Source: a virus
IMG/VR virus record: IMGVR_UViG_3300016476_001289
Length of the DNA stretch: 64,000 nt
Direction: 5' to 3' (one strand)
In this document: one piece after another, positions 39,974 through 48,932 of the stretch
Numbering within the stretch: the first letter of the stretch is position 1
Layout: the number at the start of each line of letters is the position of its first letter
The notes under the pieces: generated by a model
Database searches by the model: none
Seen by the model: the letters and a program-made list of their open reading frames with translations, nothing else
Told to the model about the DNA's origin: nothing
Program-made: the position numbers and the translations under genes

Positions 39974-42049
39974 ATGACTTTTCGTAGAAGAATGAATCGT
40001 AAAGCAGACTCTGGTATGCCAGGTTATGACAATCTTGGTCGTCTTAACATGGGTCATCCAGCAGCTAAAGAATTACCATCTATTGACCAATATGGCTTTG
40101 ATGCTGAATTTGGTGAAGGTGTGCGTAAAGGACCTTATTTATCAGGTCCCCCACCAGCTAGTTATGGTTGGATGCCTGATCACCCAGCAGCTAAGAAATC
40201 TTTAGTTGAAGATTATGAAATTGGTCAAGAACTCCATGACGCTAATATCAAAAAAGCTATGGAAAAGAAAGCTAATAAGTGTATTGCTATCGCAGAACAT
40301 CGTCTTGGTCGTACTGCTAGTGCAAGAGAAATTGAATCTCTCGCTTTAAGACTTATGGATCTTCCAAATAGTTCTATCAATTCTAAATATGCAGCAACTG
40401 ATTTTATGGCTGAAGAAGATATTCTTGGTATGGATGAAATGGGTATGGATGAAATGGGTATGGATGAAATGGGTGAAGATGATGAATTAGCTTCTCTCAT
40501 GGCAGAAATCGAAGCTGATGAAGAAGAACAACAAGCTTCTTTCATGGCAGGTATGCACCATAAACAAGCTTCTCGTAGAAACAAAAGAGCTTCTTTCCGT
40601 AATAGAAGAAGAGCATCTATGTTCGGTCAAAATGATAATGTAATGGCTGAAGATGATGAATTAGCTTCTATGTTAGCTGACCTCGAAGCTGGTGATGAAA
40701 TGCAACAAGCTACAGGCTATCATGGTTCAGACTTCGGTCCTGGTAATCGTAATGCTGACTTCGATGGTGGCATTATGGGTTATGACGAATTTGATGGTGG
40801 CATGATGATGGAAGATGATTTCAGTGATGCTATGTCTCCTGTTGATGTTCTCGCTGAAGAACTTGCTACCCTTAAACAAGCTAATGCTAACCTCAAGAGA
40901 AGATTGAAGAAAGCTGAAGAAGCTGTTCAAGATGCTACAGGTTATCATGGTGAAGAAGATAGTGTACAACCAGCTGGTCGTTATAAAGAACCAGGTGAAG
41001 GTGCTGCTACTGCTAAGTACGCTTCTAAAAGAGGTTTAAAGAGATTAGCTAATGTTCTAGCTGATTACTTAGCTGAAGAAGAAGTTACTGCAGGTCATGG
41101 TCACATGAGTTCTTGGATGGCAGACCAAGAAGAAGCTGAAGAAGAAAATGTTATGGCTGAAATCCTTGCTGAACTCGAAGCAGGTTACAATCCTAATGTT
41201 TCTCAAAATGCTGGTGACTTTGGTTATTCAGAAAACCTAATTGGTGAAGAAGAAGAAGCTGATGATGAAGATGTAGCTTCTATGTTGGCTTCTATGTTAG
41301 CTGAAGAACAAGCTAAGAAACAAGCTTCTAAAAAAGCTCCTGCTAAAGCAGAAAAAGCTCCAGCTAAAGCAGAAAAAGCTTCTGCTAAAAAAGAATCTGA
41401 AGATCCTATGGGATTAGATGAAGAAGCTGATGATGAAGAAGCAGGTGTAGATCCTAAATTAGCTTCTCTCTTTGCTAAATTTGCAGAAGAAGAAGAAGCT
41501 GATGAAGAAGAAGCTGATGAAGAAGAAGAAAAGAAATCTTCTAAGAAAGCTTCTGCTAAAGGCAAGAAAGCTGAAAAAGGTTCTAAATCTTCTACTAAAG
41601 GTAAATTAGCTGAAGAAGAAGAAGCTGATGAAGAAGAAGAAACCGCTTCTAAGAAGTCTTCTAAGGGTGAAAAGAAATCAAATAAGAAAGCTTTTGAATG
41701 GAAGTTCTCTGCTGATGAAGAAGCTGACGAAGAAGAAGCTGATGATGAAGAAGCTGATGATGAAGAAGCTGATGAAGAAGAAACCACTGCTTCTAAGAAG
41801 AAAGCTTCTTGGAGATTCGCAGAAGAAGAAGAAGCTGATGATGAAGAAGCAGAAGATGAAGAAGCCGATGAAGAAGAAACCACTGCTTCTAAGAAGAAAG
41901 CATCTTTCTCTCCAAGACCTTCTTTAAATTCTCGTAAAGCAGCTGTAAAGACTCTTGGCAATATTTCTCGTACTGCTTCTAAGTCTGATTCTAATGAACT
42001 TTCTAAGTTGTGGGAATCTGCTCCTGATGTTAGCAAGTTCTTTAGCTAA
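39974..42049 (+). CDS. acidic low-complexity scaffold/core protein
   Basis: EEEADEEE tracts alternating with KKAS motifs; between protease and capsid genes; GGTATGGATGAAATG x3 at 40427-40471. Confidence 0.7.
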   Translation: MTFRRRMNRKADSGMPGYDNLGRLNMGHPAAKELPSIDQYGFDAEFGEGVRKGPYLSGPPPASYGWMPDHPAAKKSLVEDYEIGQELHDANIKKAMEKKANKCIAIAEHRLGRTASAREIESLALRLMDLPNSSINSKYAATDFMAEEDILGMDEMGMDEMGMDEMGEDDELASLMAEIEADEEEQQASFMAGMHHKQASRRNKRASFRNRRRASMFGQNDNVMAEDDELASMLADLEAGDEMQQATGYHGSDFGPGNRNADFDGGIMGYDEFDGGMMMEDDFSDAMSPVDVLAEELATLKQANANLKRRLKKAEEAVQDATGYHGEEDSVQPAGRYKEPGEGAATAKYASKRGLKRLANVLADYLAEEEVTAGHGHMSSWMADQEEAEEENVMAEILAELEAGYNPNVSQNAGDFGYSENLIGEEEEADDEDVASMLASMLAEEQAKKQASKKAPAKAEKAPAKAEKASAKKESEDPMGLDEEADDEEAGVDPKLASLFAKFAEEEEADEEEADEEEEKKSSKKASAKGKKAEKGSKSSTKGKLAEEEEADEEEETASKKSSKGEKKSNKKAFEWKFSADEEADEEEADDEEADDEEADEEETTASKKKASWRFAEEEEADDEEAEDEEADEEETTASKKKASFSPRPSLNSRKAAVKTLGNISRTASKSDSNELSKLWESAPDVSKFFS

Positions 42050-42145
42050 GATCGACCAAGATTAAATACTAAAAATATTTAATCTTTAGTTTGAAAATTT
42101 ATTAAGTTTTCAAACAAAAACCCAAAATATAGGGGGTTATTTATA

Positions 42146-42182
42146 ATAATCTTTCTATACAAATAAGTCTTATAAGTAGATA
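42146..42182 (+). promoter_or_regulatory. putative late promoter of the decoration/capsid genes
   Basis: TCTTATAAGTAGATA at 42168-42182 is shared with the metallopeptidase upstream regions. Confidence 0.55.
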
Positions 42183-42286
42183 TATAAACTTATATATTTA
42201 TGGGCTTTAAAACTTTTAAAAAACTTTCTTTTTAACCCTTCCACTTCCCTTGAAAACAGGGAGTAGAATAACATAGGAGATTTACT

Positions 42287-42913
42287 ATGGCTCTACTTGG
42301 ACAAGCTAGTGGTGGTTTTACTGAAAGCAACAGTGCTTTGCGAATCCTTCATGTTGGTGTTCGTAATACTGTTACTCAGCTCGTTGCTGATGCTTTCACA
42401 CAAACCAACCCTCCCGTTGTTACAACAGCAGTAACCACTGCTTCAGGTTTCTCTGCAACAGTATTTGGTGTATTGAGCGGTTCTATCGCTTTCACAAGAC
42501 CAGATGCTGGTGTTGTTGGTGGTATCGGTGGACCTACCAATGCAGCTGATGATACTACTGAAAGACCTATCGGTGTTTTCATTAATACCGCTAACGGTCT
42601 TGCTTTCACCAACCAACCTGGTGTTGCATCAAATCGTGGACCTTATGTTTCTGCACAAGGTACTTATGCTAACAAGCTCTATGAAACCAAAGACTTGAAT
42701 AATGGTGCAGTCTTAAATCCAGGTTATCTTATTGGTGATGAACTTGTTGCTTCTCGTAATGGTTATTTAACTAAACTTATTGATGCAAATAATGCTCACG
42801 ATATTGCTCAAAGTAATGGTCCCGCAATGGCAGCAGCTGCATGGACTATCGGCATTGTTACAATCGCTCCTGACTCTAATTTAGACGAATTAGTTTATGA
42901 CCAAAGAATTTAA
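42287..42913 (+). CDS. capsid decoration/cement protein
   Basis: Ala/Gly/Thr-rich 208 aa directly upstream of MCP; PIGVF, GDELVASRNGYLT. Confidence 0.65.
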   Translation: MALLGQASGGFTESNSALRILHVGVRNTVTQLVADAFTQTNPPVVTTAVTTASGFSATVFGVLSGSIAFTRPDAGVVGGIGGPTNAADDTTERPIGVFINTANGLAFTNQPGVASNRGPYVSAQGTYANKLYETKDLNNGAVLNPGYLIGDELVASRNGYLTKLIDANNAHDIAQSNGPAMAAAAWTIGIVTIAPDSNLDELVYDQRI

Positions 42914-42927
42914 GGAGGATTGTTAAA

Positions 42928-43806
42928 ATGACAAATACAGTTGATAATGCAGTAAAACAAAAGATCATTTCTGATTACATCAAGACCCCACAAGGTCGTG
43001 CTAAATTAGCCGCTTCTATGACTCAACCATTGCGTCTTAGAAGAGATTATACCTCTGTTGGTCGTAAGACTTTCTTGGTAGAACAATTACCTGATGGTGC
43101 TTTGCCAATTTATGACAAAGATCCTGATGTTACAGCTTTCGTAGTTGGTGAAGAAGGCGAAAACATTCTCGCTATTACCAAGCCACGCAGAGTTATTTTC
43201 CCTCTCTTTGAAATCGCTTCAAATCCTGAAATTCCTTTAACTCAAATTAAGGAAAGACGCTTTGACTTGATCGAAAGAGCTCAAGATTTAGCTAGAGCAC
43301 AAATCCAAGCTGCAGAAGATGAAAGAGTATTCGCTATTCTTGATGCTGTTGCTACTCAAGGTTTTGATTCTCTTCCTGGTCAAACCAATGCTGATATTCC
43401 AGTTGTTGCTCCTTTAAATGGTGCTGTATTGGCTGATGCTTATTCTCTAATTGAAAGACATGATCTCCGTGTTGCTCGTGTATTCATGAATGCTCGTGAT
43501 TATGCTGATATTAGAAAATTCGGTCGTGACATCTTGGACATCGAATCACAAGCAGCATTATTGAAGACAGGTCTTCAAGCTACTCTTTGGGGTGCTCAAT
43601 TAATCACCTCTCGTTTAGTTCCTGTTGGCACAGTATATGTATGTTGTGAACCAGAAATGTTCGGTCGTATCCCAGTTCGTACTGAATTGACCGTCCTCTC
43701 TGCTGATGATCCTAAAGCTCGTACAATCGGTTTCAGTGTGTTTGAAAACTTGGGTGTGGGCGCTTACAATCCTCGTGGTTTGGCTCGTTTAACCGTTACT
43801 CGTTAA
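42928..43806 (+). CDS. major capsid protein (HK97 fold)
   Basis: Strong AAGGAGG SD, highly biased codons, AQIQAAEDERVF long helix, VFMNARDY, LWGAQLITSRLVPVGTVY; followed by a terminator. Confidence 0.85.
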   Translation: MTNTVDNAVKQKIISDYIKTPQGRAKLAASMTQPLRLRRDYTSVGRKTFLVEQLPDGALPIYDKDPDVTAFVVGEEGENILAITKPRRVIFPLFEIASNPEIPLTQIKERRFDLIERAQDLARAQIQAAEDERVFAILDAVATQGFDSLPGQTNADIPVVAPLNGAVLADAYSLIERHDLRVARVFMNARDYADIRKFGRDILDIESQAALLKTGLQATLWGAQLITSRLVPVGTVYVCCEPEMFGRIPVRTELTVLSADDPKARTIGFSVFENLGVGAYNPRGLARLTVTR

Positions 43807-43836
43807 TAGTTAAAACTCCGATTTCTTGGGACTTAG

Positions 43837-43873
43837 AAAACCCCAATGTCTTTTTTAGGCATTGGGGTTTTTT
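43837..43873 (+). terminator. rho-independent terminator after MCP
   Basis: AAAACCCCAATGTC-loop-GGCATTGGGGTTTT plus T-run. Confidence 0.85.
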
Positions 43874-43890
43874 ATTTTGTGCTAAAAAAC

Positions 43891-43919
43891 TTGCACCATA
43901 CTCCTTGTTTTAATATAAT
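43891..43919 (+). promoter_or_regulatory. sigma70-type promoter
   Basis: TTGCAC-N17-TATAAT. Confidence 0.75.
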
Positions 43920-43940
43920 ATGAATACAAGGAGGACACAA

Positions 43941-44870
43941 ATGAAAAAGATACCATGTCCAATTACACCTGATAGATTATCAGAGTTATATACTAAAGAA
44001 TTTCTAACCGATGAAAAGATTGCCGAACTCTTATGTTCGGAAGGTTATGAAGCTACTAAAAAAAGAGTATTAAGATGGAGAATCGATTTCAATATCCAAA
44101 CTCTAAAACAATATGAGAGATTTATCCCTCCTGCTATTGAAGGTGAATTGAAATCCCTATTGATAGGAAGTATGTTAGGTGATGGTCGTATTGCATTTAG
44201 AGGAAATGCTTCACATTATGAAGAAAGACATTGCCCTGATCAATTAGACTATTTAAAATGGAAAGCGGACATTTGGGGTGAATGGTCAAGTGGTGAGTTG
44301 AGTGTTACTTATAGTAGAGAATTCCCAAGTTATATCTTTAGAACTAAAGCACATAGTGATCTTAATCCATATAGAGATTTGTTCTATGAACAAAGAGAAC
44401 ATGGGTGGAAGATTGTTAGGAATGAACTTGTAGATATGGTAGACCCTTATGCTTTAGCGATATGGTATTTAGATGATGGTAGTGCTGGTCATTATCCTTT
44501 AATAACATTTGGAGCTAAAGGTGGGAGTAGGGGTAATGTTTATCTTATTTTTGAGAAGTTTGGATTAAGACCTAAATGGAAATTAATGAAAGGTGAAACA
44601 GGACAATTTCATTTTGAGAAAGAAGAGGGGGATAAGTTTATAGAGATTATTAAACCTTATGTCCCAGAGAGTATGAATTATAAGATGACCTTTGCTTATA
44701 GAGATGGTAAGATTAATGCTGTTGCTAGGAAGATGAAAAGAGAAGTGATAGAAGAGATGGTAAATAAAGGCTATACTTATGAGATGATGAGTAAAGAATT
44801 AGAAGTGGGGGAAGGGACGATAGGTAGGTGGTTAAAAAAGTTTGATTTAAAGACAATTAATAGTAGGTAA
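43941..44870 (+). CDS. free-standing LAGLIDADG homing endonuclease with flanking HTH-like segments
   Basis: LLIGSMLGDG and LAIWYLDDG; ATG at 43941 after AGGAGG. Confidence 0.85.
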   Translation: MKKIPCPITPDRLSELYTKEFLTDEKIAELLCSEGYEATKKRVLRWRIDFNIQTLKQYERFIPPAIEGELKSLLIGSMLGDGRIAFRGNASHYEERHCPDQLDYLKWKADIWGEWSSGELSVTYSREFPSYIFRTKAHSDLNPYRDLFYEQREHGWKIVRNELVDMVDPYALAIWYLDDGSAGHYPLITFGAKGGSRGNVYLIFEKFGLRPKWKLMKGETGQFHFEKEEGDKFIEIIKPYVPESMNYKMTFAYRDGKINAVARKMKREVIEEMVNKGYTYEMMSKELEVGEGTIGRWLKKFDLKTINSR

Positions 44871-44930
44871 ATAGGGTATGTTGGTAAGGATAATATAATA
44901 TAAGAATATTTTTTAAAGAAAGATACAATA

Positions 44931-46118
44931 ATGAAAAAGACATTAGTAAGCTTATTTTCAGGTTGTGGTGGTTTAGATGTTGGGTTTATGGAAGCGGGAT
45001 TTGAAGTTATATGGGCAAATGACTTTAATGCAGATGCTGTTAAAACATATGAGAATAATATAGGAAAACATATAGTGTTAGGTGATATTACAAAAGTATC
45101 AAGTTCTAGTATTCCTGATTCTTTTGATGTATTAACAGGAGGATTCCCATGTCAAGGGTTCTCTATATCAAATCATAAGAGAACGATGAATGATAAGAGA
45201 AATTTTTTATATTTAGAACTTTTAAGGGTGATAAGAGACAAGAAACCTAAAGTGTTTTTAGCTGAAAATGTAAAAGGGTTGATGTCAATGGAAAAAGGTA
45301 AAGTTCTTGACATGATATTAGATGATTTTAGGAATATCGGATATGATGTAGAATATCGTTTATTAAAAGCATCAGATTATGGTGTGCCACAAAATAGAGA
45401 AAGAGTAATTATTTTAGGGAATAGGATAGGAGTAGAAAACATCTTTCCTGAGAAGACACATACTAATAGGATAGAATTAGTTTCAGATTTAAAAACTCAC
45501 ATTAGTGTAAAAGAAGCAATATCCTTTTTAGAAGATGAAAGGATAAGAGATGTGCCATTTATGAAGAATGGTGAAATGATATATAATCATGTAGCGAGGA
45601 CAAATGTAGCAAGTGATTTTTGGGCAAGGAAGTATTCTGTGTCTCAATCTACAATATGTGAGTATTTAAAAGAATGGAGAGATAAAGCGAAAGTAAGTGT
45701 AAAACAGATAGATAAGTTAATGGGGTATTCACACACAGCGGGGCATTGGTTTAGGTCAGATTCTTCTGGGAGTATACCTAGAATAGAAGATTGGTGGGAG
45801 TTAAAAAAGATATTAGGTTTTGATGATACTTATGATGAAGTAGTAACAAGTCTGATTCAAAAACCTATATCTTATGAGCAATCATTAAGAGTAAGTAATT
45901 GGGATAGTCCTAGTGATACAATAACGGCAAGTGGGCCTGAGATACATCCAAATAAGCAAAGAAGATTATCTGTGAGAGAGTGTGCTATTTTACAGAGTTT
46001 TCCAATGGATTTTATATTTGAAGGGTCTATGTCTTCTATGTATAGGCAGGTAGGAAATGCAGTTCCAAGTAAATTAGCATATCATTTAGGATTAGGGATA
46101 AAAAAAATGTTAGAATAA
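44931..46118 (+). CDS. DNA (cytosine-5)-methyltransferase with HTH-like insertion
   Basis: FSGCGG, GFPCQGFS, ENV, QNRER, RRLSVRE, QVGNAV. Confidence 0.95.
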   Translation: MKKTLVSLFSGCGGLDVGFMEAGFEVIWANDFNADAVKTYENNIGKHIVLGDITKVSSSSIPDSFDVLTGGFPCQGFSISNHKRTMNDKRNFLYLELLRVIRDKKPKVFLAENVKGLMSMEKGKVLDMILDDFRNIGYDVEYRLLKASDYGVPQNRERVIILGNRIGVENIFPEKTHTNRIELVSDLKTHISVKEAISFLEDERIRDVPFMKNGEMIYNHVARTNVASDFWARKYSVSQSTICEYLKEWRDKAKVSVKQIDKLMGYSHTAGHWFRSDSSGSIPRIEDWWELKKILGFDDTYDEVVTSLIQKPISYEQSLRVSNWDSPSDTITASGPEIHPNKQRRLSVRECAILQSFPMDFIFEGSMSSMYRQVGNAVPSKLAYHLGLGIKKMLE

Positions 46119-46121
46119 CAC

Positions 46122-46150
46122 TTGCACAAGTATAAAAGGTAGACTATACT
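46122..46150 (+). promoter_or_regulatory. sigma70-type promoter
   Basis: TTGCAC-N17-TATACT. Confidence 0.7.
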
Positions 46151-46155
46151 AATAT

Positions 46156-46229
46156 ATAGTCAGACTCATGACTGTTTTGTGTTGGGGAAAAGGGTATGTG
46201 GTTTTTTTCAAACTGCATACCCTTTTTTT
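46156..46229 (+). ncRNA. putative small RNA 1 (~70 nt)
   Basis: Lies between a promoter and a terminator hairpin (46188-46229, G.U pairs favour the + strand); no ORF. Confidence 0.45.
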
Positions 46230-46231
46230 AT

Positions 46232-46260
46232 TTGACAAGAAAGAAAGAGACAAGTAGTAT
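46232..46260 (+). promoter_or_regulatory. sigma70-type promoter
   Basis: TTGACA-N17-TAGTAT. Confidence 0.7.
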
Positions 46261-46266
46261 AAAAAA

Positions 46267-46425
46267 GGATTTTGAATGAGACCTATACTTAGCCTACACA
46301 ATTTCTGAAAAGAAAGAGAGAATGTAAAAGAGTATAGGTTTTTAATCTAAGACCTTAGGTTCTGTCCTTTCTTACTAAGGTCTTAAAGTGAAGGGGTATG
46401 AAAAATAATTTCATACCCCTTTTTT
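46267..46425 (+). ncRNA. putative structured small RNA 2 (~160 nt, three hairpins)
   Basis: Stems 46281-89/46331-39 (GAAA-capped inner stem), 46348-58/46375-85, and terminator 46391-46425. Confidence 0.6.
46391..46425 (+). terminator. rho-independent terminator
   Basis: AAGGGGTATGAAA-AATAA-TTTCATACCCCTT-TTTT. Confidence 0.85.
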
Positions 46426-46513
46426 ATTTAATGTGAAAAAGTAATTGTATAATGCTTATAAATGAATGTATATAGAATACATATATACTAAACAATAAAG
46501 AGGAGTATCCTTT

Positions 46514-47587
46514 ATGTCAGATATTAATTTTTTTAAAGGGACTTTTGTAAAAGTTCAAGCGACAACAACAATCCACTTAGGTAAATTAGAAAGAAATCTA
46601 TATCAAGGTGATATTGTTGAATATGATGGTGTGACTTTAAAGATTGGAAATGAACAAGTTGTAATGCCTGAATTGAAATCAGGTGTAAAAAGAGGTTGGT
46701 TAAAGATTGTGGAAGAAGTATCTGCACCTGTGGTTAATAATACACCTGTAGTTACAGCTAAGAAAGAAACACCTGCACAACCAGCTAAGAAAGAAATGGC
46801 TGTACAAAAAGTGTATGATGAAGAAAAGACAGTTCATAACTTAAATAAGAAAGCAACTGAAGAACAAGTACAACCTAAGAAATTTGCTCTTAAAATTGAA
46901 TCACAAGATGATGATGTAAGACCAGTTCATAAGGTAGATAATAAGAGTGGAGCTACAGTAACAGGTGCAACAAGTGCAATGGATAATGTAAGTTCACAAC
47001 AAGGTGCAGAAGCAGTAAAGATTCCATTAAAGACAGCAAGTAAGCAAAAGTTAATTATTTCTGATGGTAGTCAAATTACAAAAGAAATGGCTAAGTTAGA
47101 GAATCTTTCAAGAGATCCTGTAAAGAAGCCTATTATAATGGTAGACGATCAACAAGAACCTAATGTAGTAAGTAAAGTAGGACAAGAAGCTACTGTAGAA
47201 GTAGATGAATTTGAAGATTTACAATTAGGTGAAGAACAATCAGGTGAATTAGAAGTATCTATTGAAGAACTATCTGATATTATCAATAGTGATTTGGAAG
47301 AATTAGATTTAGCTGATGAAGAACCTGTAGTAAGTCAATTTGAAGAAAACTTACAAACATTAAATGCTTTAGAACAAGTAACACCTACAGGTGCAGTGAT
47401 TACAGGTGCAGATACAAGTAAAGTTGTAAGTGTAGACGGTATTGATTGGGATAAATCAAAGCATTGGCAACATCGTGTAAAGTTAGCGATTGAAAAGTAT
47501 AAAGACAATCCTGAGATGATGGATAAGATCAAAGCGATTGAAACTGAAGGTGTAGTAAAGGCTATTGATAAGGCATTAGGGTTATAA
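46514..47587 (+). CDS. hypothetical protein
   Basis: 357 aa, GAGGAG SD, acidic linker between small terminal domains. Confidence 0.65.
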   Translation: MSDINFFKGTFVKVQATTTIHLGKLERNLYQGDIVEYDGVTLKIGNEQVVMPELKSGVKRGWLKIVEEVSAPVVNNTPVVTAKKETPAQPAKKEMAVQKVYDEEKTVHNLNKKATEEQVQPKKFALKIESQDDDVRPVHKVDNKSGATVTGATSAMDNVSSQQGAEAVKIPLKTASKQKLIISDGSQITKEMAKLENLSRDPVKKPIIMVDDQQEPNVVSKVGQEATVEVDEFEDLQLGEEQSGELEVSIEELSDIINSDLEELDLADEEPVVSQFEENLQTLNALEQVTPTGAVITGADTSKVVSVDGIDWDKSKHWQHRVKLAIEKYKDNPEMMDKIKAIETEGVVKAIDKALGL

Positions 47588-47653
47588 TATATAGTTTATA
47601 GTTAAAGCATATATAAATATAACCCTATATTATTTCAAAGGTGGAGTTTATAT

Positions 47654-48511
47654 ATGAACGCACAAAATTTAAATCGTATGATCAAAGCATCATATTATGC
47701 ACCCAATGGTGCTCAATTAAGAAAAGCTTGTTATGGTCTTATGGCTGTAAATAGTCGTAGAGCATCTGTTGGTGCTATGTCTTTGGAACAAGTTGCAGAA
47801 TTGCCTAAAGAAGAACAAGCTGGAGTAAAGTCTCAAATTGTTCAAGAAGCATTGGTACAAGGTTCTGCGGAAGACCAAGCTAAATTAGCAGGTCATGGTT
47901 TAAAAGATGTACAAATGTATTTAAAGCATGAAGGTGCTTCACTTGAAGATGTCGCTAAACAAGTTCAAAAGGCAGACCCTGTAATTGTAAAAGCAATTAA
48001 ATCAGAAGCACATGACTTAAAAGGTGCAGTTCAAGTTGCGGGTGCTATTGCAAAAGCAAGAACATTTGAAGAGATTTTTAGTTTCTTAGATTTTCCTATT
48101 AACTGGGTACAAACCAAGTATCAAGATTTCAATTGGTTTAAATGGTCTTCTATTATTGGTGCTATTGGTTTCATGTTGCAAATCATTGGTGAAGGAGCTG
48201 TTATGGGTATGAGTGGTGGTATGATTGCGTTAGCTGCTATTGTTGGGGTAGTAGGTTATGCAGCTATTGCTCTTGTCATCTATTACTTGTTTGGTGATGT
48301 TATCAAATGGGTTAATAAGAGACTTGCTATGTTGGATGCTTGGGTCTTGTTACTGCCCTTTAGAGCTTTAAGTTTAATCTTAAAGTTTTTTGGTTGGGGT
48401 TTGGATCAATTTGTAGGTGGTATTAAAGATGCTTGGAAAAGCTTCTTTAGTCGTCAAGCAAGTATTGCTATGCAATCACCAGAATTTAGAAGAGCTTATT
48501 ATAGTATTTAA
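47654..48511 (+). CDS. membrane protein, possibly virion-packaged
   Basis: Two or three hydrophobic helices in the C-terminal half; RRAS and RQAS flanks. Confidence 0.65.
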   Translation: MNAQNLNRMIKASYYAPNGAQLRKACYGLMAVNSRRASVGAMSLEQVAELPKEEQAGVKSQIVQEALVQGSAEDQAKLAGHGLKDVQMYLKHEGASLEDVAKQVQKADPVIVKAIKSEAHDLKGAVQVAGAIAKARTFEEIFSFLDFPINWVQTKYQDFNWFKWSSIIGAIGFMLQIIGEGAVMGMSGGMIALAAIVGVVGYAAIALVIYYLFGDVIKWVNKRLAMLDAWVLLLPFRALSLILKFFGWGLDQFVGGIKDAWKSFFSRQASIAMQSPEFRRAYYSI

Positions 48512-48561
48512 TTTATAATTAACATATCTTTATAGATTATTTACTTATAAGGATATGAAAA

Positions 48562-48927
48562 ATGAAAAGACAAGCATCTAGCCAAGCATCTTGGTCATTA
48601 TTAGCTGAAGGTGTTACATCAGCAAGAGTTCAAGCACATAGAGTAAGAGCATCTGTTATACAATTACAAAATGCTATTAAAGGAACACCTTTAGAAGAAG
48701 AACTCCAAAGACTTTGTGGTGATGTTTTATTAGCTATTCCTAGAGCTGCTGAAATTATTGAAAGAGATCTAGATAGAACTAATTATGCTTTGATAAAACT
48801 AGGTGAAGGTTTTTATAGATCAAGATTACCTATTGAAGATAGAGAAATTGTTGAAATATCTTCTAAGTTCAATCCATATCCAAGTCCTAAAAAAGTTGCT
48901 AGTAAGTATCTTAACTCAAAGAGATAA
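48562..48927 (+). CDS. hypothetical, probable head protein
   Basis: MKRQAS...KVASKYL. Confidence 0.6.
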   Translation: MKRQASSQASWSLLAEGVTSARVQAHRVRASVIQLQNAIKGTPLEEELQRLCGDVLLAIPRAAEIIERDLDRTNYALIKLGEGFYRSRLPIEDREIVEISSKFNPYPSPKKVASKYLNSKR

Positions 48928-48932
48928 TCAAA

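Noticed and set aside
41224-42036. 270-aa Ser-rich minus-strand ORF and similar antisense ORFs (12653, 21988, 40225, 49218, 61360-62697)
   Set aside because: Shadows of real plus-strand genes or of low-complexity GAA repeats; no SD or protein-like composition
43806-44870. Group I intron interrupting the capsid gene
   Set aside because: MCP ends cleanly with a terminator, and the endonuclease has its own promoter and SD
46352-46360. ACCTTAGGT in small RNA 2 complementary to the array junction ACCTAAGGT
   Set aside because: Only 9 nt, near-palindromic and mostly buried in a stem; likely chance
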